A stretch of 64,000 bases of DNA from an uncultured virus (IMG/VR IMGVR_UViG_3300046471_000063) (taxonomy: Duplodnaviria > Heunggongvirae > Uroviricota > Caudoviricetes). Positions 56,620 to 64,000 of the stretch are shown here, in pieces. Within the stretch, counting starts at the first letter, position 1. Each line of letters begins with the position of its first letter. The stretch is taken from the IMG/VR virus record IMGVR_UViG_3300046471_000063; one strand, written 5' to 3'. The notes beneath the pieces are model-generated. The model made no database searches. It saw nothing but the letters and a program-made list of their open reading frames with translations, and was not told where the DNA came from. The position numbers and the translations under genes were made by a program.

Positions 56620-57068
56620 TTGTTTACCCATCGCAGCTGCCCTTGCCGTTGCTGGACGGTTACAAGCTGAGCACGGTCAGTCCGCTGATGAGGACCCAAC
56701 TCAACAGCGGCAGATCGCGCCAGCGCAGGAAATTCACCAGCGTCCCAACTCAACCCACTGTGAAATGGATTTTCAGCGATCAACAGGCGGCTTTCTTCGA
56801 AGCCTGGTTTGCCAGAACCTTGGTCGATGGCTCGCTGTGGTTTCAGGCCACGCTGAAAACGCCCACGGGCCTGCGGGATTATGAATGCAGGTTCACCGAC
56901 ATCTATGAAGGGCCTGAGCTTATCGGCGTCGATCACTGGCGTTACTCAGCGGTCCTTGAGCTTAAGGAGCGTCCATTGATTGAGCCGGGCTGGGAAATGT
57001 TCCCTGATCTGTGGTTCGGCGCAAAACTGATTGATATCGCGCTGAACCGGGAGTGGCCAGTTCCATGA
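56616..57068 (+). CDS. Distal tail protein
   Basis: YP..LPLP, GRSRQRR; follows tape measure. Confidence 0.75.
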   Translation: MIVYPSQLPLPLLDGYKLSTVSPLMRTQLNSGRSRQRRKFTSVPTQPTVKWIFSDQQAAFFEAWFARTLVDGSLWFQATLKTPTGLRDYECRFTDIYEGPELIGVDHWRYSAVLELKERPLIEPGWEMFPDLWFGAKLIDIALNREWPVP

Positions 57069-57547
57069 ATCCACTCGACGTTGCATACGCTTCTCCCGGG
57101 TCTGAGGTTCTTATTCCAACAATTGAAATTAGCTCAGCGGCCTCCGAAACGCAGCTGATCTGTGCAGGGTTTGAGAATCAGACATGCGGTACCGAAGACG
57201 GGCGGGTTGTCACCTTCGAGGCCACTGGCCTCGATATCTCGCTTCCTAATAAGGACAACACTGGCAGCCAGTCGGTGACGTTCGCTATCGATGGCGTCCT
57301 GGGCATTGCACAGAGCCTCATTATTCAGGCCATGGAAGCCGAAGCGGTCATCAGATTGACGCTGAGGTTGTACCTCAGCACTGATCTGAGCCAGCCAGCG
57401 CAACGCCCGTACTACCTGGTTGTGCGTGGCGGGAGCATGGAAGGGGAAACGGTGACCGTCCAAGGCGGTTACTTCAGCCTGATCGACATCAATTTCAACC
57501 GGGATACCTACAACGCCAATACGGCCCCCTGCATCAAGTACCTCTGA
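57065..57547 (+). CDS. Minor tail protein (DUF1833-like)
   Basis: Synteny; YLSTDLSQP. Confidence 0.7.
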   Translation: MNPLDVAYASPGSEVLIPTIEISSAASETQLICAGFENQTCGTEDGRVVTFEATGLDISLPNKDNTGSQSVTFAIDGVLGIAQSLIIQAMEAEAVIRLTLRLYLSTDLSQPAQRPYYLVVRGGSMEGETVTVQGGYFSLIDINFNRDTYNANTAPCIKYL

Positions 57548-57549
57548 CC

Positions 57550-57957
57550 ATGCTGACTCGATACCTCTCCGCTCGCTATGTCGATGGCGGCCGCGAACTG
57601 CCGTGCCTGGATTGTTGGGGCATGACCATTCTCGCCCGTCACGAGTTGTTCGGGCTGCCCATGCTTTCCAGTTTCGGCGAAGTGCATCGGCAGCACACCT
57701 TGGAGTTCCAGCGCGCGTATCGGGGGGAGGTGAGTCGGGCCTTAGAAGAATGTGCGCCCTTTCCCGGTGCGATCGCCGCCGTGCTGCGCGGAGCGGTTTG
57801 CACGCATGTCGGCCTTGTGGTCATGAAGGATGGTCGGCTGCAAGTCCTCGAAATAAATCCAGCCAGCGGTGCCCGCGTAGTGCGCCTGCAGGAATTCAAA
57901 GACAGTTACATGAAGGTGGTCTTCTACCGTGATCGAGATCCTGACGAACAAGCTTGA
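57550..57957 (+). CDS. NlpC/P60-like tail assembly protein
   Basis: GGR...LDCWG, HVGLV. Confidence 0.8.
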   Translation: MLTRYLSARYVDGGRELPCLDCWGMTILARHELFGLPMLSSFGEVHRQHTLEFQRAYRGEVSRALEECAPFPGAIAAVLRGAVCTHVGLVVMKDGRLQVLEINPASGARVVRLQEFKDSYMKVVFYRDRDPDEQA

Positions 57958-60658
57958 TCCTCAGGTTCTGCGTGAGCATCGCCTGAAAGCCCCGGTGACT
58001 ATCGAAGCTTGGCTGATGGCTGCCACCAGAAACTATGAGCGGCGCGAAGTGCCTCCGATCAGCATCACTGCCAACGCGGTGCCGGTTCCTCCGAATCTGT
58101 GGTCGGAATTCGTCATCAGTCCTGAGGATCAGGTTCAGATCTGGATTGAGCCGAAAGGTACAGACCCTGTTTCGATCACTATCGCAGCGATCAAGGGCGT
58201 GCAGGCTGTGATGAAACTCATCACCCCGCGCATCAAGATGCCCAAGACCGGATCGCCAAATCAGGGCTCGACCCTGGCTGGCGCGAACGCCAAGGCGAAC
58301 CAGGTGAAATTCGGTGATCCTGTTCGTGAAGTGGCAGGGGAGGACCAGGTTTTCCCGGACTATATCGTCGAGCCGCGGCGCTGGTTCAAATCGGCACGTG
58401 ATGAGTGGCAGCAGATGTTGCTGTGCATCGGCGTCGGTGAACATGAGGTTAAGGTCAGCGACATCAAGATCGGCAACACGCCGATCATCTCACTTGGCGC
58501 AAACGCTACATATCAGGTCTATCAGCCTGGGGCGGACCTGAGCGCAGAGCCTGCCGCGCAGTGGTGGTACCAGGCCCCGGAAGTTGGGTCGACATCAACG
58601 GGAACCTCGGGTCTCGACTTGAAAACAACGACGACCGTTCCGCAAAACCCCGGAGCTCAGGCGTATCAGTTCAACGGTCCGTTGGTAAGCATTCCCTCTG
58701 GTGCTGGCGCTTTCCCAACCGGCTGGGCTGCGGGAATGATCGTGAGGATCGAGGCTGCCTACCAGTACACCGTGACGTCTGGCGCTGGAGTAGGTGGGCG
58801 CGACGTAGTGTCCGGCCCGCTCGCGCAGTTGGCGCCATTCCCGGGGATGTCCATTGAGGTCGTCGGCGCGAACCAAGGGTTTTACCTGGTGAACAGCTAC
58901 ACGCCGCCTGCGGGTAGCACGCCAGCCCAAATAACGCTCAACACTACCGGCGGCGCACCTGTCTCCGGTTTGCAGTCCGGCGTCGGTTGGGCCGCGATCG
59001 GATACCGGAGTCTTCGTTACCGTATCACTGCGGCAAGCACCTCGCAGCTCAGCGTTCAACGCCTTACCGCTGCCGGTGCTGTTGATGCTGCGTGGCCAGG
59101 CTTCGATTTCCTGCAAAGCAACTCGGCGTTGATAACCCTCGACAGCTCAACCCTGGAAGGTGATTGGGCCGGTCCTTATGCACTCTGCCCGCCGGGGATG
59201 AAAGCCAGCAAGTTTGCATTCACGGTGATGTTTCCGTCCGGCCTCGCTGGCGTGGACAAAAAGGGCGCCTTGTTTCAATGGTCGGTGGACTACGAGTTTC
59301 AGTACCGCGACCGGACGACGGCCGGAGCCTGGGTTTCTTACAAGGAAACCATCACCGAGGCGACACTCGATCAACTGGGATACACCCGGGAAATCACGGC
59401 GGCCGAGCCTATCGAGGCAGAAGGTCGCATGCGCCGGATTGGTGCAAAATCTACCTCGACCAGCATTCAGGACAATATCCAGTGGTATGACATGCGGGCG
59501 TTACTTCCGAGTCCGAAGTCATACCCAAACTGGACACTGCTTGCGATATCGGCAGCCGGCGGCGGCAAGCTGGCGGCGCAATCCGAAAACCGTATCAGCG
59601 CCGTGGTTACCCGCAAACTGCCTGTTCTGGAAAACGGAGCGTGGACCACGGATAAACGCCCGACCAGGGATATCTCCGCCTGGTTCAATTACGTGACGAA
59701 GAAGCCCGGTTACACCGATGCCGATATCGACATGGAAGAGCTCTCAGCGCTGCATCAGGTCTGGACGGCGCGGGGCGACACTTTCGACTACTCAACTGAG
59801 GACTTCACTACGGTGAAGGAAGCTTTGAACTCGGCACTCGCGGCCGGATTTTCTGAGCTCACCATCAGTCGTGGGAGGCTTCGCCCGATTCGTGACCAGA
59901 AGCGGGAGGGCATCGATCATGAATACCTGCCCGAAGGCACCCAAGGGTATTCGGCACAAAACCTGATCGGCCCTCTCAAGATCGCTTTCAATCCACCAGA
60001 TCCAGCGGACGACCATGACGGCGTCGACGTTGAATACAAGGACGGGATTACCAGGCAAACGGAAACCGTCCGATGCAGGCTGCCGGGCGACCTCGGACTG
60101 AAGGTTGAGAAGGTGAAGGCAGTCGGCGTCAGCGACAGGAACAAAGCCTACCAGCTCGGAATGCGCCGCCGCCGGGAGGCCAAGTATCGGCGTTGGACCT
60201 ACAGCTTCGATACCGAACTCGACGGTAACAACAGCGAATACGGCAGCTTGGCCGCCGTCTCAGACGATATCCCCGAGCGTGGCCAGAGCGGTTTGCTGAT
60301 GTCATTCGAGACGGTATCCGGGGCTTTCATCTTGGAGAGCTCTGAACCGTTCATTTGGTCGGACGGTGTTTCCCACGTCGTCGGGCTGCGCCGGCAGGAT
60401 GGAACAATGAGCGGGCCATGGCCGGCGACACGGATCGATGACTTTCACCTCAGCATCGCGAGCATCGATTTCAATCCCGACACGAGCTGGGAGAGGGATC
60501 CGCCTCACCTGCTGTTCGGACCTTTGAAGCGCTGGTGCCACCAGGTGGTGATCAGCAAAGTGAACCCCAAAGGTCTCGAGAGCGTTTCGCTACAAGGCTT
60601 CAACTACGACGAGCGTGTGTATCCCGACGACGATAGTCCGGCGCCGGTCGATTTATAG
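57929..60658 (+). CDS. Tail tip attachment protein
   Basis: 909 aa; GDPVREVAG..VFPD, NYDERVY; synteny. Confidence 0.85.
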   Translation: MIEILTNKLDPQVLREHRLKAPVTIEAWLMAATRNYERREVPPISITANAVPVPPNLWSEFVISPEDQVQIWIEPKGTDPVSITIAAIKGVQAVMKLITPRIKMPKTGSPNQGSTLAGANAKANQVKFGDPVREVAGEDQVFPDYIVEPRRWFKSARDEWQQMLLCIGVGEHEVKVSDIKIGNTPIISLGANATYQVYQPGADLSAEPAAQWWYQAPEVGSTSTGTSGLDLKTTTTVPQNPGAQAYQFNGPLVSIPSGAGAFPTGWAAGMIVRIEAAYQYTVTSGAGVGGRDVVSGPLAQLAPFPGMSIEVVGANQGFYLVNSYTPPAGSTPAQITLNTTGGAPVSGLQSGVGWAAIGYRSLRYRITAASTSQLSVQRLTAAGAVDAAWPGFDFLQSNSALITLDSSTLEGDWAGPYALCPPGMKASKFAFTVMFPSGLAGVDKKGALFQWSVDYEFQYRDRTTAGAWVSYKETITEATLDQLGYTREITAAEPIEAEGRMRRIGAKSTSTSIQDNIQWYDMRALLPSPKSYPNWTLLAISAAGGGKLAAQSENRISAVVTRKLPVLENGAWTTDKRPTRDISAWFNYVTKKPGYTDADIDMEELSALHQVWTARGDTFDYSTEDFTTVKEALNSALAAGFSELTISRGRLRPIRDQKREGIDHEYLPEGTQGYSAQNLIGPLKIAFNPPDPADDHDGVDVEYKDGITRQTETVRCRLPGDLGLKVEKVKAVGVSDRNKAYQLGMRRRREAKYRRWTYSFDTELDGNNSEYGSLAAVSDDIPERGQSGLLMSFETVSGAFILESSEPFIWSDGVSHVVGLRRQDGTMSGPWPATRIDDFHLSIASIDFNPDTSWERDPPHLLFGPLKRWCHQVVISKVNPKGLESVSLQGFNYDERVYPDDDSPAPVDL

Positions 60659-60666
60659 ATTTCCCC

Positions 60667-60692
60667 AAGCCCATCCCTGATGGGCTTTTTTT
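60667..60692 (+). terminator. Intrinsic terminator
   Basis: GCCCATC-cct-GATGGGC + T7. Confidence 0.8.
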
Positions 60693-60707
60693 GTCTTGAG
60701 GAAACCC

Positions 60708-62642
60708 ATGACCAATACCTATGACACCACTGGCCTGCCGGTGGGCACCTCTGACCCGCGCGCGCTGTACAACAACGCCTCAAACATGGACGAGGCGCTG
60801 CATAGTCTTACTGCGTGGTGGCTGGACCGCTTCGGCAAACACCGCAAGACCTGGTCCGGATTCGAAGCCGACGTGTTGGCGTTCTTTCAGAACAATGGCT
60901 ACGAAACACCAGTGAATTATGCTGCGGGGTTGTCATTGACCCGCTACGGGCAGACTGTTGTTTACCTTGGTGAGCTGTACGCCCCGGTTGTGTCTGCTCT
61001 GCCATTCACAACGACCACCTGGGCTACGGACGCTGCCAAATTCAAGGCCATCGGGGATGCTTCGTTGCGCGCCGCGCTTGCTGCGTCTGATGGCAGTAAG
61101 AAGTCTGGTTACAAGGCTCGTAACGTTTACGATCGGCTTTCCGATCATTCCAGCGTGAAAGATTTTCCAAACGTGGTCCCAGATGGGGTAACGGACAATC
61201 TGTCGGCGATCAACGCGGCATTTGCTGGCGCGGTTGGTCGTGAGCTTTACCTGCCGGAAGGCGATTACTACTGCTCCGCGTGGCCCCTGAACAATCGCGG
61301 AATCAAAATCACTGGGCCGGGGAAAATTCTCCTCACCACTCCTAACGGCAAGTGGCAAATCAACACCTACGCCAGTGCGACTGGGATCGGGGTCCACTTT
61401 GAACACCTCTTTAAACCGTACCAGCGTTTAAAGACTGGTGGTCAGATTAAGATCATGCTGTTCGGTGACAGCACGGTTGCAGGTCATAATGGCGAAAACC
61501 CTGACTACTACGTCGAAAACCTTATCGGCCAGACAATGGCGAGCAAGGGTTTGACGAACGTAGTGGTGCAGAACTTCGGGGTTGCCGGCTCAAATACCGC
61601 AGCCATCGATGTAGCCTCCCGGATCGACACCACTATCGCGGCAAGCTGTGACATCGCCGTCATCAAGTCTGGGATCAACGACGAACACAACCTGGTCACG
61701 CTTTACAACAACCTCGATACCGTAGTGGGTAATGCGCGGAGTACTGCGAACGGTTCCGTTCAGCAACTGGCGATTGTTTTGATGTTGCCCACGTCAACCT
61801 ATGACATCGCGCACGATCGCAGTTCGACATGGTACGAGCAGGTTCGTGGGGTTTACGTAGCGATCGCTGAAAAGCATCGTTGCGCAGTATTTGACAGTTA
61901 CGCCTTTTTGCAAGACACCTCGGCGGCCGAAGGTTTTTGGCAAGATATGCCATTCGGTGCCGGTGGCGGCAGTGTGCATATGCTCGACGTGGGCAATAAC
62001 TGGATTTGGAACAAGCTCATCCAGTGGATGTTTCCGACCGAAATGCTTTCTCTATACGCCAAAAATCGCGTTATTTTTGGCGGCTCTGCGTCAGGTAGTC
62101 CCGCGCCAGGTGCAGCTATTGGTTCTTACAATTACGGTATTTCGAATTACCGAGCAATAAGCACTTCGGGTTGGCCACAGGACGGATTTGTCACCACGGA
62201 GAGAACGGTGGACGCCGGTGGAAGGCAGACCATTTATGGCTTTGCGAACAACGTTACGCCTATGACGCGGTACTGGTTGACGGCAAGTAACACATGGTCC
62301 GTCTGGTCGAACATGGTGCAAGCCCTTTCTGGATTCTTCGCCGCGGATGTAGCTGCACCGAGCGGTACACGTCGGGCGGCAGGCTACCGTGTAAGCGATA
62401 CCAGTCGTCTTGAGTTGTGCGGTAGCGTCCAGGTGAACGCAGCCAAGGCCGTTGGTGATGTAATTTTCAACCCTCTTCCCAGTCGATGCCGTCCGACCAA
62501 AGGTGACTCGGTATTTTTCGCTTCTGGTTCGGGGGGCGGGGTTCAGTTGCTGATGAACGGATCGGGCATCATCTACGCGCAATCAGCCATCGCTGCTGGA
62601 ACAATCATCTGTCTCGACAATTGCTCAATCATTGTCGATTAA
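60708..62642 (+). CDS. Tail spike/fibre with SGNH/GDSL esterase domain
   Basis: DGVTDN..AI..YLPEGDY, then FGDST, NFGVAG, GIND, SVH blocks. Confidence 0.8.
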   Translation: MTNTYDTTGLPVGTSDPRALYNNASNMDEALHSLTAWWLDRFGKHRKTWSGFEADVLAFFQNNGYETPVNYAAGLSLTRYGQTVVYLGELYAPVVSALPFTTTTWATDAAKFKAIGDASLRAALAASDGSKKSGYKARNVYDRLSDHSSVKDFPNVVPDGVTDNLSAINAAFAGAVGRELYLPEGDYYCSAWPLNNRGIKITGPGKILLTTPNGKWQINTYASATGIGVHFEHLFKPYQRLKTGGQIKIMLFGDSTVAGHNGENPDYYVENLIGQTMASKGLTNVVVQNFGVAGSNTAAIDVASRIDTTIAASCDIAVIKSGINDEHNLVTLYNNLDTVVGNARSTANGSVQQLAIVLMLPTSTYDIAHDRSSTWYEQVRGVYVAIAEKHRCAVFDSYAFLQDTSAAEGFWQDMPFGAGGGSVHMLDVGNNWIWNKLIQWMFPTEMLSLYAKNRVIFGGSASGSPAPGAAIGSYNYGISNYRAISTSGWPQDGFVTTERTVDAGGRQTIYGFANNVTPMTRYWLTASNTWSVWSNMVQALSGFFAADVAAPSGTRRAAGYRVSDTSRLELCGSVQVNAAKAVGDVIFNPLPSRCRPTKGDSVFFASGSGGGVQLLMNGSGIIYAQSAIAAGTIICLDNCSIIVD

Positions 62643-62884
62643 CGAGAGGATCTGTTTTGCGAGAGCCAGCGCATCAGCTCTAAATCATAGCAACATGCAG
62701 AAAGTCTCCACCCCTTTTGTCGGTTTGATTAATGACGCCAATTGATAGGCCGACATAGGGGAGGAGTCACGCAAAAGCGTGGCGCATGCGGCATGGCGCC
62801 ATCATTCATGTCAGATACGAAAAACTTCACGCGCTTTCGTGTTCAAGTCGATATGATTGCCCCATCATTGAACGGAGTCGTGTA

Positions 62885-63058
62885 ATGCGTGTCACAATCT
62901 ATTCGTCTTTTTTTCTTGCGGTTTCTTTGCTGTCTGGCTGCGCACCTGCAGACCCGGTTGAGCAGGCGAGCGCTGTAGAACAGCCGAGTGTTCAGATGGA
63001 ACTGGCTGGCAAACTGCTTCGCGGTGAGTCTCCTAGAGAGAGAGCGGCGGGCGAATGA
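62885..63058 (+). CDS. Small lipoprotein
   Basis: GGAG RBS, lipobox LSGC, ATGA overlap with next gene. Confidence 0.6.
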   Translation: MRVTIYSSFFLAVSLLSGCAPADPVEQASAVEQPSVQMELAGKLLRGESPRERAAGE

Positions 63059-64000
63059 AACTCAATGCTCTGACCTCGCTGCGGTTTTTTGCCGCGCTCG
63101 CGGTGTTTCTGCACCACTTCCATTTCTTCCAGCACACCACCAGCTCCGAACTGCAAGGGCTATACGGCGCCTTCTTCGAAGGGTTCGCCGGTGTGACGTT
63201 CTTCTATGTACTGTCCGGCTTCATCATCAGCTACAGCTACCACGCGCAGGCGAAGAAGCGCCCGTACTCGGCAGGCGAGTTCCTTTTTAACCGGTTCGCC
63301 AGGCTGTACCCGGTCCACCTGCTGACGCTCGGCATCGCAATTGCGGCCTATGTGGGCTTCAACAATTTGAACCTGATCGACGGCAAGGTGCTGGCAGCCA
63401 ACGCGTTACTGATCCAAAGCTATATCCCGGACTCGTCCTACTTCTTTTCCTTTAATGGCGTTGCCTGGAGCATTTCTGCAGAGCTTTTCTTTTACGTGGC
63501 GTTCATTACCCTGCTAGTGAAGCTGCGCACGCGCACGCTGGCCGTCATTGCCGTGGCTATGGTCGTGCTGATCGGCTACCTGATCAACAGCCCCCTGCGC
63601 TACAACCCCGCGTATAACTGGATCTTCTACATCAACCCGGCTTTCCGGGTGATCGACTTTATCTCCGGCATCCTGGTCTTCCGCCTGTTCATGAGCGGCA
63701 AGTTCCGTATCAGTGAGGGGCAGGGCACCGTCGTCGAGGTTGCGTCTCTGGCGCTGCTGGGAATGTTCGGCTATCTGGGGCTCAACGGCGTGTCCATGCT
63801 GTGGCGCTTCGACCTGTTCTATCTGGTGCCGATGGCGCTGGTGGTGTGGGTGTTTGCACAGGGCCAAGGCCTGATCTCGAAGATGATCAGCGGTCGCCTG
63901 TTCGTTACCCTGGGTGAAGCGTCCTTCAGCCTGTACATGATTCACCAAATAGTTATCACCGTGGCGCTGAGCAACATGCCGGTCGATATCAATCAGCCTC
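63055..64000 (+). CDS. Acyltransferase-3 family (OafA-like surface polysaccharide O-acetylase), 3'-truncated by window
   Basis: MKLNALTSLRFFAALAVFLHH, GVTFFYVLSGFII, RFARLYP, WSISAELFFY, LGEASFSLYMIH; absent from ORF track. Confidence 0.92.
   Translation, partial: MKLNALTSLRFFAALAVFLHHFHFFQHTTSSELQGLYGAFFEGFAGVTFFYVLSGFIISYSYHAQAKKRPYSAGEFLFNRFARLYPVHLLTLGIAIAAYVGFNNLNLIDGKVLAANALLIQSYIPDSSYFFSFNGVAWSISAELFFYVAFITLLVKLRTRTLAVIAVAMVVLIGYLINSPLRYNPAYNWIFYINPAFRVIDFISGILVFRLFMSGKFRISEGQGTVVEVASLALLGMFGYLGLNGVSMLWRFDLFYLVPMALVVWVFAQGQGLISKMISGRLFVTLGEASFSLYMIHQIVITVALSNMPVDINQP

Larger units (their letters stand above)
23252..64000 (+). mobile_element. Prophage 2 (HK97/D3-like cos siphovirus), right end outside window
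   Basis: att-int-xis, early left operon, cI/cro, replication, Q, lysis, terminase, HK97 head and tail in canonical order. Confidence 0.95.

Noticed and set aside
63035..63044. (AG)5 tract as a phase-variation switch fusing the lipoprotein to the acyltransferase
   Set aside because: Tract is too short for high-frequency slippage, and the acyltransferase has its own normal N-terminus
1..64000. CRISPR array, retron, diversity-generating retroelement or IS element
   Set aside because: No repeat-spacer array, reverse transcriptase or transposase motifs seen

Overview
The whole window is prophage DNA, most likely in a Pseudomonas chromosome (inferred from the tRNA-Pro fragment and the gene repertoire). 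It holds two different lambdoid siphoprophages in tandem. Prophage 1 (<1-23299) shows its late half: capsid, neck, a lambda-like tail (H/M/L/K/I/J) with a 2000-aa multi-module fibre, a SleB-type endolysin, nested spanins and several morons. It ends at a 48-bp 3' fragment of tRNA-Pro(GGG) flanked on both sides by GCGCAAAAC arm-like repeats. Prophage 2 (23252->64000) starts there and is nearly complete: int/xis, a long leftward early operon (C5 methyltransferase, TerB/TciA-like pair, LexA-DBD-only protein), cI/cro with visible operators, replication, a second tyrosine recombinase, Q, holin/spanins, HNH-cos-terminase, HK97-type head, tail, an SGNH-esterase tail spike and an acyltransferase-3 gene running off the end. 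The best candidate for an undescribed system is an AT-rich two-gene cassette (25638-26911) pairing a prohead-protease/assemblin-like, Cys-rich protein with a hydrophobic-hairpin partner, next to a structured non-coding segment. Other candidates are a HEPN-motif moron behind an SOS box (11111-11656) and a type I toxin-antitoxin-like locus next to the att site. All calls come from reading motifs and synteny by eye; no searches were run.
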